The notes beneath the pieces were generated by a model, which worked only from the letters and a program-made list of their open reading frames with translations, was not told where the DNA came from and did not search any database. The translations under genes were made by a program, and so were the position numbers. This document shows, piece by piece, positions 32,709 through 46,813 of a stretch of DNA of 64,000 nucleotides; positions within the stretch are counted from its first letter, which is position 1; each line of letters opens with the position of its first letter. The stretch lies in NCBI GenBank assembly GCA_963810935.1, contig CAWEPK010000003.1, forward strand, positions 32,001 to 96,000, given 5' to 3'. This stretch comes from an uncultured delta proteobacterium. GTDB lineage: Bacteria; Desulfobacterota; Syntrophorhabdia; Syntrophorhabdales; WCHB1-27.

Positions 32709-33776
32709 TTACCGCTCTTTAAGGGATTCTGTCTGAAAGTGTGAGATGAGGGGGTCGAGAAGGGGGTCGAGGTTGCCGGCAAGCACGTCTTCCAGCTTGT
32801 ACAGAGTAAGCCCGACCCTGTGGTCCGTCACCCTGCCCTGAGGGAAATTGTAGGTGCGTATGCGCTCGCTCCTGTCGCCTGTCCCCACCTGCTTCCTTCT
32901 CTCCTCGGAAACCTCTTGCTCCTTTTCCTGCTCCATCCTCTCCTTGAGACGGGCGCGGAGCACCCGGAGCGCCTTCGCCTTGTTCTTGTGCTGCGATTTC
33001 TCGTCCTGGCACGTCACGACGAGGCCCGTAGGGATATGCGTTATCCTTACCGCGGAATCGGTCGTGTTGACATGCTGGCCGCCGGGGCCGCTCGACCGGT
33101 ATACGTCGATGCGCAGATCGTCCGGGCCGATGCTCAGCTCCAGCTCCTCCGGCTCGGCCAGGACCGCGACCGTCACGGTGGACGTGTGGATCCGGCCCTG
33201 GGACTCCGTCTCCGGCACCCGCTGCACCCTGTGGACGCCGCTCTCGTAGCGCAGCCTCTGAAATGCCTCCGGCGCCTCTATGGCGACGACGACCTCTTTG
33301 AGGCCGCCCAAATCGGACATGTTCATGTTGAGCAGCTCGGTCTTCCAGCGCATCCTTTCGGCGTACTTCATGTACATGGTGAAGAGGTCCCTTGCGAAAA
33401 GCGCCGCCTCCTCGCCGCCCGTGCCGCCCCTTATCTCCAGAAAGCTGGTCTTAACCTCCTGCTCGTCCTTGGCCAGGAGCTTGCTTTTGAGGAGGGCCTC
33501 CAGCCGCTCGTCTTCACCCTGCAGGCGGTCCGTCTCTTCGCGCGCGAGGGCCTTCATTTCCTCGTCCGCCTCGTGGCGCAGCATCTCCCGCATCTTTCCT
33601 AGCTCGTCCCTGACCCCCTTCCATTCCCGGAAAAGGCCGACCACGTCGCGCAACTCCGCGTACTCGCGGGCGAGCTTCTTATATTCCTCCATGTTCGAGG
33701 TGGCGTTCGGGTTCGCCATGTCTGTCTCTATGGCGTCGAACCGCCTCTCCATGGCTTCCAGCTTTTCCGCAATCAT
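32709..33776 (-). CDS. prfA: Peptide chain release factor 1
   Basis: PET anticodon-like motif, GGQ, RIRTYNF. Confidence 0.97.
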   Translation of the reverse strand: MIAEKLEAMERRFDAIETDMANPNATSNMEEYKKLAREYAELRDVVGLFREWKGVRDELGKMREMLRHEADEEMKALAREETDRLQGEDERLEALLKSKLLAKDEQEVKTSFLEIRGGTGGEEAALFARDLFTMYMKYAERMRWKTELLNMNMSDLGGLKEVVVAIEAPEAFQRLRYESGVHRVQRVPETESQGRIHTSTVTVAVLAEPEELELSIGPDDLRIDVYRSSGPGGQHVNTTDSAVRITHIPTGLVVTCQDEKSQHKNKAKALRVLRARLKERMEQEKEQEVSEERRKQVGTGDRSERIRTYNFPQGRVTDHRVGLTLYKLEDVLAGNLDPLLDPLISHFQTESLKER

Positions 33777-33991
33777 TCCTTAGCCTTGGGCACCCTCTTG
33801 CCGTATTTTCGCTCGAACTTCTCGACCCTTCCGGCCGAGTCGCGCAGCTTCTCCCTCCCGGTGAAGATCGGGTGGCACTTGGCGCAGATCTCGACGGTGA
33901 TCTTGTCTTTCGTCGAGAGCGTCTCGAAGGTGTGACCGCAGGCGCAGCGCACCTGAGCCGTTTTAAGCTCGGGGTGAATCTTCTCTTTCAT
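33773..33991 (-). CDS. rpmE: 50S ribosomal protein L31 (zinc-binding form)
   Basis: IHP...CACG...CAKCHP...GRVEKF. Confidence 0.96.
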   Translation of the reverse strand: MKEKIHPELKTAQVRCACGHTFETLSTKDKITVEICAKCHPIFTGREKLRDSAGRVEKFERKYGKRVPKAKE

Positions 33992-34046
33992 TGCATCCTC
34001 CTGTTTATGATGTGACCGGCTCGCGTTTGAAAAGCGCGCCCTTTTC

Positions 34047-35287
34047 TTAAGCCCTGCTCATCGAGTTGAGGAAGTCTTTGTTGGACTCCGTGTCGGAGAG
34101 CTTTTCCAGCAGGAACTCCATCGACTCCACCGTGTTCATCGGCTGCAGGACCTTACGCAGCAGCCATATGCGCGACAGGTCTCCGTTGCCGACGAGAAGC
34201 TCTTCTTTCCTCGTGCCCGACTTGTTGATATCGATGGAGGGGAAGACCCTCTTCTCGGTCAGCTTGCGGTCGAGGTAGATCTCAGAGTTGCCCGTGCCCT
34301 TGAATTCCTCGAAAATGACCTCGTCCATCCTGCTGCCCGTGTCTATCAGGGCCGTTGCTATGATGGTGAGGCTCCCGCCTTCTTCTATCTTCCTGGCCGC
34401 CCCGAAGAAGCGCTTCGGCTTCTGCATGGCGGACGCGTCGATGCCGCCCGAGAGGATCTTGCCGCTGCTCGGGACTACCGTGTTGTAGGCGCGGGCGAGC
34501 CGCGTTATGCTGTCGAGCAGGATCACGACGTCTTTTTTGTGCTCGACCAGCCTTTTGGCCTTCTCTATGACGATCTCGGCCACCTGGACGTGGCGCGTGG
34601 CCGGCTCGTCGAAGGTGCTGCTTATCACCTCGCCGTTCACCGATCTCTCCATGTCGGTGACCTCCTCGGGCCTCTCGTCGATCAGCAGGACGATCAGGTA
34701 GATCTCCTCGTGGTTCGAGGTGATGCTGTTCGCCAGCCCCTGGAGGAGCATTGTCTTGCCCGTACGGGGCGGGGCGACGATTAAGCCCCTCTGGCCCTTG
34801 CCTATGGGCGTAAAGAGGTCCATGACCCTGGAGGACAGCCTGTTGCCCGCCGTCTCCAGCTTTATCCGCTCGCACGGGTATATAGGCGTGAGATTGTCGA
34901 AGATGATCTTGTCCTTGGCTATCTCGGGGTCGTCGAAGTTGATCTTTTCGATCTTGAGGAGGGCGAAATATTTCTCGTTGTCCTTCGGCGGCCTTATCTG
35001 GCCGGCGATGGTGTCGCCTGTCCGCAAGCCGAACCTCTTTATCTGCGACGGGGAGACGTAGATGTCGTCAGGCCCCGGCAGGTAGTTGGAGTCCGTCGAT
35101 CTGAGGAAGCCGAACCCCTCGGGTAGTATCTCCAGTATCCCCTCGCCGTGGATCAGCTCGTTCTTGTCCACGAGCGACTGGAGGATGGAGAAAATAAGCT
35201 CCTGTTTCCTCAGCCCCGTTGCATTCTCCACGCTCAGTTCTTTCGCTATATGCGTGAGATCCCCGATCTTCTTCCTCTTTAGCTCGT

Positions 35288-35297
<10 letters not shown>
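34047..35297 (-). CDS. rho: Transcription termination factor Rho
   Basis: [27 protein letters not shown]. Confidence 0.98.
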
Positions 35298-39325
<4,028 letters not shown>

Positions 39326-39444
39326 ACTATCTCCTTATACGTCGTCATAAGGGATGTTTATTTGTGGAAAACCGGTCCTCCCTCTGGAAAGAGAAGGGGA
39401 AATAATACGCCGCGCCGTTACCATTCTGTTAAAAGAGTGTACAC

Positions 39445-40770
39445 TCATGTCGACTTAATCCGCGCTTCTATCTTTTCCACAGTGTCGCTAACATCCTTGC
39501 GCGCCGCCATGGCTTCCTCGACTTTTTTGATGGAGTGGATAACCGTCGCGTGGTCCTTACCGCCGAATTTCTCCCCGATACTGACGAGGGAGCCGGTTGT
39601 CAACTTCCTTGACAGAAATATGGCTACCTGCCGGGGGAACATTATCGTCTTTATTCTTTTGGCGGACTTGAGATCGGATGGCTTGACGGAAAAGTGTGAA
39701 GCTACTTCCTTAATAATATTGTCGATCGTTATTTCCTTTTTCTTGTCTACCAGGATATTTCCCATCACCTCCCTGGCAAGGGATATCGTTATAGGCACGT
39801 TGCGCAGCGAGGCAAATGCCCCGAGGCGTATCAGTGACCCCTCTAAGACGCGGATATTATGCTCGATGTTCGTGGCGAGGTAAAAGGCGACGTCCTGCGG
39901 GAGGGTCACATTCTCCATCTCCGCCTTCTTGTTCAGGATCGCGACTTTTGTTTCGAAGTCCGGGGGCTGGATATCGGCAATGAGGCCCCATTCGAAGCGC
40001 GTCCGGAGCCTCTCCTCAAAATTCGGGATATCCTTCGGGAACTTATCGCTCGTAACCACGATCTGTTTCGTGTTGTCATAGAGGGTGTTGAAAGTGTGGA
40101 AAAACTCCGCCTGGGTCCTTTCCTTGCCCGCTATGAACTGTATGTCGTCGATTAAAAGAACGTCCATCTTGCGAAATTTATTCCTGAAATCTTCCATCTT
40201 CTCAAAGCGCAGCGCGTTTATCAACTCGTTAGTAAATTCCTCGGCGGTTATATACGACATCCGGCTGATCCCGCTCCCGGGCCGCGAAGTGAGGGAATTG
40301 CCGATGGCGTTCAGGAGGTGGGTCTTCCCCAGGCCGACACCGCCGTATATAAATAAAGGGTTATAGACCTTACCCGGGTTATTCGCTACAGCCAGGCAGG
40401 CGGCAGTTGCGAACTGGTTGCTCTCCCCCACCACGAAGTTCTCAAAAGTGTACCTCGGCTTAAAGAGGGCCGAGGCCGGCTGTTTTTTGAGGGCTACGTT
40501 CTTCTTCTCGACCTTTACGTCTTCCCTTTCGAGAAGGTAATCCATCCTTATGTCCTGCCCTGTCGCCTCCTTGAGGAGGGACCTGAAAATGGGCTCGAAA
40601 TTCTCTATAATCCAGTCCCGAAAAAACGCGTTGGGGACGATGACCGAGCAGACGCCGTCCGTGCATTCCTTGATTTTCAGGGGCTCGATCCACGTTTTGT
40701 AATTGTCCTCGCTTATCACCTTGGCAAGGCGAAGCTTTATCTGCGAGCAAGCGTCATCCATGCAAATCAT
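39445..40770 (-). CDS. dnaA: Chromosomal replication initiator
   Basis: YNPLFIYGGVGLGKTHL, IDDIQF, GKDHATVIH. Confidence 0.98.
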   Translation of the reverse strand: MICMDDACSQIKLRLAKVISEDNYKTWIEPLKIKECTDGVCSVIVPNAFFRDWIIENFEPIFRSLLKEATGQDIRMDYLLEREDVKVEKKNVALKKQPASALFKPRYTFENFVVGESNQFATAACLAVANNPGKVYNPLFIYGGVGLGKTHLLNAIGNSLTSRPGSGISRMSYITAEEFTNELINALRFEKMEDFRNKFRKMDVLLIDDIQFIAGKERTQAEFFHTFNTLYDNTKQIVVTSDKFPKDIPNFEERLRTRFEWGLIADIQPPDFETKVAILNKKAEMENVTLPQDVAFYLATNIEHNIRVLEGSLIRLGAFASLRNVPITISLAREVMGNILVDKKKEITIDNIIKEVASHFSVKPSDLKSAKRIKTIMFPRQVAIFLSRKLTTGSLVSIGEKFGGKDHATVIHSIKKVEEAMAARKDVSDTVEKIEARIKST

Positions 40771-40786
40771 GCCTTTTGTGAAGTCG

Positions 40787-40885
40787 ATTTCAACACGTTT
40801 TCAACATTTGTGGAAAACTTTTTGGATTCCTGCAGAATTGAATGCTCTATATTCTACACTAAAATAGAGTTTCTTTCAATTCCTT
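40787..40885. promoter_or_regulatory. DnaA-box-like cluster and AT-rich stretch upstream of dnaA (candidate oriC part or autoregulatory site)
   Basis: TTTTCAACA 40798-40806 and TGTGGAAAA 40809-40817; further boxes at 39363-39371 and 39473-39481. Confidence 0.5.
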
Positions 40886-40968
40886 TATGGAGTGTGCGCT
40901 CCGCCCGTTTTCGTACCGTTCGGGGCCAGCCGGAACGGGACCCCTATAAAAAGCAGAAAAAGCCGGGA

Positions 40969-42213
40969 TTACTTCTGTTTCAGGTATACGAGGTCCGTTG
41001 GGGCAAACGATACGTCCTTGCCGGCCTTTGCCCAGGAGGCGTCGACTCCGAAAACCTCCACAACCTCGATCTCACCCTTGAAGCCGCCCTTGGTCCTGCC
41101 GAGGGTTAGGCTTGTCCCTTTGTCTACGACGGGGTCGCCTGGGGCGAATACCTCTAGGACGTCCCCTTTTTGCAGGCCCGACAACCTGCCGGCATTGAGG
41201 TAGATCCTGTCGTTCTCGACCGAGGCTATCCTGGCGTGCCAGTCGAGGTTGAGCAGGGTCTTCAGCAGGTCGTCGGCCATAAGCTCTATGGCGAGGTCAA
41301 TGGCTCTGACCTTGGCCTTCTCTGAGCTCATATCTCCGTTCTCCTTGGAGAGAAAGAACGGGTTGCGGGCAGAGAGCTGGCGGAGCGGCTTGCCTGTTTC
41401 GGTGTTATAGATGTCGAGAGATACCTTGGAGAGGGCGAAGGAGACCTCTTTATCTTCCTTGCCGTCGATTTTTGACGTGCTGCTGTAAACGTCCGAGAGG
41501 GTGCCTTTGATCACTGCCTCGATCCCATAGAGGTCCCAGAGCGACCGCATGACGTCCGGCTTTAAGGGGTCGCCGTGTAACTCAAGGGCATGCAGGTCAA
41601 CAGCGATGATCGCGCCCGTGTCTTCGAGGCGGGAGACGAGCCTCTTGGTTGTCAGCTCGTCGAGGTGCTCTTCCTTATAGTTGGTCTGGTCCGCGAGAGG
41701 GAGCAGGAGGACGCGCCTTTTCATCTTGGGCGAGGGGTATGTGAAACCCACGACCGCGCCGGGCCTTCCCTGGTACGGCCCCTGGAACGCCGCCTGCTGC
41801 ACCTGCGGCTGCGCCAGAGGGCGGGCGGCCGGCCCCGCGGCGCTTCTCTGCTTGATGCTTTCCTCCAGCTTGGCCATCCGCGTTTCCATCTCGGCCCGTT
41901 CTTTCTTGGCCGCGCCGGCCCCCGTCAGCTTGTCGCTGACCGAATCAAAAAGGCCGCCGGAGTAGTCATCCTTCCGCACCCACTCGTACTCGGGTTCATA
42001 CGGAGTGAGCTGGAACCTCCGGTTTCTGGCGTAAATGTACTCTATTCCGTTTACAAGCCTTATATCGCCCGGTTTAGGCTGGTCGTTTCCAGTTACGATT
42101 TCGCCCTTTTCGGTCTTGGTTGGCTGGCTCGTCTCTTTGGCCGACTTCTTGCCAAAAGGAAGACTACAGGATGCTAATAGTACTATAAGGAATAACACCA
42201 AAACTTTTCGCAT
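40969..42213 (-). CDS. Lipoprotein with CsgG/FlgT-like C-terminal domains
   Basis: Lipobox LASC; C-terminal RIYLNAG...GDVLEV...G.IEV resembles FlgT_C. Confidence 0.65.
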   Translation of the reverse strand: MRKVLVLFLIVLLASCSLPFGKKSAKETSQPTKTEKGEIVTGNDQPKPGDIRLVNGIEYIYARNRRFQLTPYEPEYEWVRKDDYSGGLFDSVSDKLTGAGAAKKERAEMETRMAKLEESIKQRSAAGPAARPLAQPQVQQAAFQGPYQGRPGAVVGFTYPSPKMKRRVLLLPLADQTNYKEEHLDELTTKRLVSRLEDTGAIIAVDLHALELHGDPLKPDVMRSLWDLYGIEAVIKGTLSDVYSSTSKIDGKEDKEVSFALSKVSLDIYNTETGKPLRQLSARNPFFLSKENGDMSSEKAKVRAIDLAIELMADDLLKTLLNLDWHARIASVENDRIYLNAGRLSGLQKGDVLEVFAPGDPVVDKGTSLTLGRTKGGFKGEIEVVEVFGVDASWAKAGKDVSFAPTDLVYLKQK

Positions 42214-42295
42214 AGTGGCTATGTTACACATAAGGTAAATCAAATGTCAAAGGGAATCTCGTGGCGCGAAACCGGCCTTCAGCGGGTCTTCGCCT

Positions 42296-43561
42296 TCAGT
42301 GTGTGGCGCAGCCTATGCAGGGGTCGTAAGACCTGATGAGCATTTCGCAAAGGCGCCTCAGGTCCTCTCCGTCCATGCCGCCGCTTTCGCGGACGACGGC
42401 CTCCAGGTCCTCTTGTATACTGCCGTTGTTCTGGTTCGTGGGTATTACCAGGTTGGCATGCGCGATGCGGCCCGTGTCGTCGTAAGTGTAATCGTGGATC
42501 AGAAGCCCCCGCGGCGCCTCGACCGCCCCGACTCCACGCCCGGCCCTGACAGGAATGAGCGGGTCTTCCTCGACAAGACCGGTCTCGAGGAGGCGGCCGA
42601 CGATTGCCCTGGCCTCTTCTATCTCGTGGGCGCATTCGACTATCTGGGCGATGGTGTTCATGAAAGGGCTGCAGGATTCGGGCCCGAGGCCCAGCTCACG
42701 GGCTGCCAGCAATGCCTGTCCGTTAAGGTGCTCGTAGTTGATCTTGACCCGCGACAATGCGCCGACCGCGTATGACGCCCGCGCGTGCCGGGTGTATTTG
42801 GCCGTGGAATGGGGCAGTACGTACTCGTTTACGATGTCGAGGTAATCGCCGGGCACTGCTGCGCCCGTGTCCGTGGAATAGATCTTTCCCCGGATAAGTG
42901 CATACTCTGACGGGTGCCTGAGGGCAATATACTCCGTCGGCCGCGAAAAGTCGGGCAGGGCAATGCCCTTAAAGAGCGCAACGCTGGCCTCGATGTCGGG
43001 CACGGCCTCGTCGAGGCGCCCTTGCAGGCGGCGCAGGGTCTCCCGCGTGGGCAGGCGCAGCCACTTCGCTACAGTCGGGGACTGGGCGTGGATCGACCTG
43101 CCGCCGATGCTCTCCATGATCTCGTTGCCCAGTTTCTTCAGCCGCAGGCCGGGCGCGACCTTGTCGGGGTCTTTTTCAAGGAGAGGGAAGACGCTGCCTG
43201 TCCCGAAAAAGTCAGGGCCGGCGAGGAGGTATATATGGAGCATGTGGCTCTCCAGCATTTCCCCTGCGTAAAGCAGCTTCCTAAGCAGCAGGGTCTGCTC
43301 CGAGGGCTCGATGCCGAAGGCGGCCTCAGTCGCCTGAAGGGAGGCGAAAAGGTGGGAGACTGAACAGATGCCACAGACACGCGAGGCAAGCACGTGGGCG
43401 TCGAGCCAGGGCCTGCCCTTCAGCATCGCCTCGAAGAAGCGAGGCGACTCCGTGATCTCCCAGGAGACTTCCGGCGGTCCGCCGGCGCCTGAGCGCAGCA
43501 CCAGCCTGCCATGGCCCTCGCACCTCGTTAACCTGTCGGTCCTGACATTGAGCCTCGTCAC
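42296..43561 (-). CDS. hydA: Group 3b [NiFe]-hydrogenase large subunit (alpha)
   Basis: RCEGHG, RVCGICSVSH (L1), EAPRG, DPCIGCATH (L2); GTG start overlaps upstream stop. Confidence 0.9.
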   Translation of the reverse strand: MTRLNVRTDRLTRCEGHGRLVLRSGAGGPPEVSWEITESPRFFEAMLKGRPWLDAHVLASRVCGICSVSHLFASLQATEAAFGIEPSEQTLLLRKLLYAGEMLESHMLHIYLLAGPDFFGTGSVFPLLEKDPDKVAPGLRLKKLGNEIMESIGGRSIHAQSPTVAKWLRLPTRETLRRLQGRLDEAVPDIEASVALFKGIALPDFSRPTEYIALRHPSEYALIRGKIYSTDTGAAVPGDYLDIVNEYVLPHSTAKYTRHARASYAVGALSRVKINYEHLNGQALLAARELGLGPESCSPFMNTIAQIVECAHEIEEARAIVGRLLETGLVEEDPLIPVRAGRGVGAVEAPRGLLIHDYTYDDTGRIAHANLVIPTNQNNGSIQEDLEAVVRESGGMDGEDLRRLCEMLIRSYDPCIGCATH

Positions 43562-44295
43562 TTCCAGGCGGCCTCCTGGCACGCGTTGAACAGGTTGAAG
43601 CTGGCGGCGATGTCCCCGGGCGAAAGACCCGCCTGCTTGAGTATCAGCCTCTCCGACTCGATGTTCGGGTCGTCGATAAAGCCGCGGCAGCCCCAGCAGA
43701 CTGCCCCGGCAGTCACGCACGTCGCAGCGCAGCCGCCCCGGGTGACGGGCCCGAGGCACGTGCGTCCCAGGTCGAAGACACAGACGTTCTCGGCGACTTT
43801 GCATTCAGCGCAGACGGGGTTGTTCGGCTGGTAAGGCACACGGCCGGCCAGAAGCTCCTGCACGACGCGCAGGAACTCGTCTTTGACGATGGGGCAGCCG
43901 GGGATAAAATAGTCTACCGGTATTACGGCGCTTATAGGCCGGGCGGATATGGTGTCGACCGGCGCATCCGGCCCGAACTCTGCTGCGACCAGCTCCTCCA
44001 TGGGGTACCGGTTCTTGAGGCAGTTGACATTGCCCAGGTGGGCGCAGCTCCCCAGGGGTATCACCATCTTCGACCGCCTGCGTATCTCCTTCAGGGCGGA
44101 GAGCTCGGAGCGCCTGGAGCACGCGCCGTCGATGAAGGCGATATCGTAGTGCTCGGCGCGCTCCGTCTTGGCCTCCCTGAACTCGACGATATCGAGGATG
44201 CGGGCGAGGTCCGGCAGCTCCTCTTCGCAGTTGAGCACTTGCAGTTCGCAGCCCTCACAGCAGGTGAGGTCGAATACGGCGATCTTCGGCCTCAT
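43558..44295 (-). CDS. hydD: Group 3b hydrogenase small subunit (delta)
   Basis: TCCEGC, GSCA, PGCP, VCAEC...CLGPVT..GC...C...CWGCRG. Confidence 0.88.
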   Translation of the reverse strand: MRPKIAVFDLTCCEGCELQVLNCEEELPDLARILDIVEFREAKTERAEHYDIAFIDGACSRRSELSALKEIRRRSKMVIPLGSCAHLGNVNCLKNRYPMEELVAAEFGPDAPVDTISARPISAVIPVDYFIPGCPIVKDEFLRVVQELLAGRVPYQPNNPVCAECKVAENVCVFDLGRTCLGPVTRGGCAATCVTAGAVCWGCRGFIDDPNIESERLILKQAGLSPGDIAASFNLFNACQEAAWK

Positions 44296-45131
44296 AAGGC
44301 CTCGTGCACCCCCGCGAGGCGGGCGCAGCTAAAAACCGGCCCCTCGCGGCAGACAAGCATGTTCTCAATTTGGCAGTGGCCGCACAGGCCGACGCCGCAT
44401 TCCATCCTCCGTTCAAGCGACACCAGTATGTGCTCCTCTTTTATGCCTTTTTTCAGACATTCCTCGATAACGAAACGGTACATCACGGGAGGGCCGACGA
44501 TGATCGCGCTCGTTTGCTCCGGCCTGATCTGCAGTCCGGCAAAAAGGCCCGTGATGACGCCTACGCTTCCCGTCCACCCGACGCCTGCGGGTACGCGGTC
44601 TACGGACTGTAGGACGTCCATGCACCCTCCTTGCTTCCACGCGGCGATCTCGCTGGGGAAGAGCAGCTCGGCCGGCTCCCGGCAGCCATAAAGGAGCGTG
44701 AGCCTCCCGAACTCTCCCGGCCTGTCCGCTGCGTACTGGACTATCGAGCGCAAAGGGTAGAACCCGCAGCCGCCTGCCACGAATAGAAGGTCCCGCCCCG
44801 CAAGCTGCGCGAGGGGGAAGCCGTTGCCGAAGGGGCCGCGGACGCCGAAGAGATCGCCGGGCATCAGCCTGTGTATTGCGTCCGTAACACTGCCCACGGC
44901 CCGGACCCCCAGCTCGAAGGAAGGGCCCCGCGTAGGAGACGAGGCGATGGAGATCGGCGCCTCGCCTATCCCGAATATGGAAAGCTGGATGAACTGCCCG
45001 GGCGCGTGCCCCAGGCTGCTTCCGTCCTCGAGCCGCACAGCCAGAAGCATTTCTTTTGCGGCCATTTTCTCTTTAGTCTCGACTACGGCGAACCTCGGAA
45101 GGAAGATGCCGTGCTCTGCCGCCTGCTTCAA
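44292..45131 (-). CDS. hydG: Group 3b hydrogenase FAD/NAD(P) subunit (gamma, AsrB-like)
   Basis: PGQF, RGPFGNGF, GPPVM, ERRMECGVGLCGHC; TTG start inferred. Confidence 0.87.
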   Translation of the reverse strand: MKQAAEHGIFLPRFAVVETKEKMAAKEMLLAVRLEDGSSLGHAPGQFIQLSIFGIGEAPISIASSPTRGPSFELGVRAVGSVTDAIHRLMPGDLFGVRGPFGNGFPLAQLAGRDLLFVAGGCGFYPLRSIVQYAADRPGEFGRLTLLYGCREPAELLFPSEIAAWKQGGCMDVLQSVDRVPAGVGWTGSVGVITGLFAGLQIRPEQTSAIIVGPPVMYRFVIEECLKKGIKEEHILVSLERRMECGVGLCGHCQIENMLVCREGPVFSCARLAGVHEAL

Positions 45132-46174
45132 GTCGCCCTTCCTGCCGCCTCTTTCGCCAGGCGGTTCCACGCGTAGACGGGGCTTGCGATGTCGACGAGG
45201 CAGGCGTGGATGCAGCGGCCGCAGCCGACGCAGCCCGTGGCGCCCCAACGCTCCAGCATATATTTCCCCTTGCGGTGCAGCCTGTGACGCAGCCTTTCCG
45301 TGCCCGTAGGGCGGAAGTTTTCTCCGCTCGCCACCTCGGCGAAGCCGTCGAACATGCAGCTATCCCACCTGCGCAAGCGCATCCCTGAAGTCCCGTCGGC
45401 CGCGTTCCTATCCATGATCCTGAAGCAGACGCACGTAGGGCAGGTCATCGTGCATGACGCGCAGGAGAAGCATTTCCTTCCCAGCTCCTCCCACATGGGG
45501 CTGTCCCAGCCTGCGTCCAATACGCGCGGTATCTCCGCCGCCGGCACATCGAGGCGGAGGCGGTAGCGGCCCAGGGCCTCGGCGCGCAGCTCATCCCTGC
45601 GGGGGGCGGCCGTCTTAGCTGCGACGCGCGTTTTCAGGTATCGCTTGCAGAGGGCCGAGCCCTTTTCCGTTGCCGCTTCTATCAGGTATGCGTCCCCAAG
45701 ATCCGTAAGCCAGAGGTCGAAGAGACCTTCCGGGGGGAGGGCGGTGCCCATGCTGGGCGCGAAGGCGTAAGGCCAGGGATGGAGGCAGTCTACGCCGACG
45801 ATAACGTTTGCCTCGCGCCTAGCTTTGTAGCTGTCGTCCGGCCCGTATCCGAGGAAGACCGCGTCGAGCGTCTTTAGGGCGTGCAGGTCGTACGGGTGTA
45901 CGCCTATTACTATCGCAGGGCCGCTTTGACCGGCCGGAAGGGTGCGCGCCTTCGGGGGCGGCTCGTATCGAAAGAGAGGCGTTTCCTCGGGGAGCCAGTA
46001 TTTATTCGGCGGCAGGAGGGTAATATCGTAATCGAGCCGCAGGTCGTCTTCGGCCGAAAGCCTGCCGTAGGCGAAACCCGTCCCTTTGCGCTTAACTCCA
46101 TAGACCGTCGCCTCGTCCGCCATCGCGGCTAAGCCCGCATGGAGGCCTGTTTTATCTGCCGTTAGAAGTCGCAT
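45128..46174 (-). CDS. hydB: Group 3b hydrogenase Fe-S subunit (beta, AsrA-like)
   Basis: CFSCASCTMTCPTCVC, WDSC, CVGCGRCIHAC. Confidence 0.87.
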   Translation of the reverse strand: MRLLTADKTGLHAGLAAMADEATVYGVKRKGTGFAYGRLSAEDDLRLDYDITLLPPNKYWLPEETPLFRYEPPPKARTLPAGQSGPAIVIGVHPYDLHALKTLDAVFLGYGPDDSYKARREANVIVGVDCLHPWPYAFAPSMGTALPPEGLFDLWLTDLGDAYLIEAATEKGSALCKRYLKTRVAAKTAAPRRDELRAEALGRYRLRLDVPAAEIPRVLDAGWDSPMWEELGRKCFSCASCTMTCPTCVCFRIMDRNAADGTSGMRLRRWDSCMFDGFAEVASGENFRPTGTERLRHRLHRKGKYMLERWGATGCVGCGRCIHACLVDIASPVYAWNRLAKEAAGRAT

Positions 46175-46239
46175 CGTCTCTCGCCATAACGCCTATGCCA
46201 AACATATACATTCCACGCAGGTCGTTCAACCAGACGATA

Positions 46240-46695
46240 CTAAAACCCGACCTTCGCGCCGGTGCGGCTACCCGCTGTCGATCTCGGCGGCGCAGCCCCC
46301 GGCCGGCTGCCCTCGCTATCGTACAGGTGCGCCTGCGCCTGCGCCACGGTGACCGTGTACCTGCCCGCCTCTCTTTCCGTGACCGCGGGCCAGTATGTAT
46401 TGCGCATGATGAGGCAGCTCACGGGGCAGACCTCGACGCAGCGGCGGCACGAGCAGCATTTCAGGCTGTCGATCCGCCACGCTGCCTCTTCCTTTGCGAC
46501 GAGGATCGCGCCGGTGGGGCATTTTCTCTGGCATTGGCCGCAGAAGATGCAGCGGATTATGTCGTTCGCCACGCTGCCCCTCGCAGCGTCGGGGTAGGCC
46601 CGCCTGCGCTCGGGATACATCTCTGTCGCAGGCCGGCCGAAGAGGCTGCGGCCGACCATGCGCGATATACCTGAAAGGCGCTTCGAGTTTTGCAT
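46240..46695 (-). CDS. echF: Ech hydrogenase Fe-S subunit F
   Basis: PATEMYP, CIFCGQCQRKCP, CCSCRRCVEVCP. Confidence 0.88.
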   Translation of the reverse strand: MQNSKRLSGISRMVGRSLFGRPATEMYPERRRAYPDAARGSVANDIIRCIFCGQCQRKCPTGAILVAKEEAAWRIDSLKCCSCRRCVEVCPVSCLIMRNTYWPAVTEREAGRYTVTVAQAQAHLYDSEGSRPGAAPPRSTAGSRTGAKVGF

Positions 46696-46726
46696 GCCTT
46701 ACCTCTCCGTGCAGCTTATGCACGGG

Positions 46727-46805
46727 CAATAATTGGGGTTAAGCACCCCCTCCACGGGCAAAGCTCGTGGAGCCTCCCTGCTCGGCGCTTCGCATACGCT
46801 CGCTC
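46727..46805 (+). repeat. REP-like repeat between echE and echF, bracketed by a 27-bp direct repeat
   Basis: TACCTCTCCGTGCAGCTTATGCACGGG at 46700-46726 and 46815-46841. Confidence 0.85.
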
Positions 46806-46813
46806 TATTCACA

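Noticed and set aside
39417..39446. Fourth copy of the nitrogen promoter (GTTACCA on + strand)
   Set aside because: No ACTTGTA at 16-nt spacing, and antisense to dnaA/dnaN
46180..46200. Sigma54 promoter for the hyd operon (TGGCAT...)
   Set aside because: No GC at the -12 position
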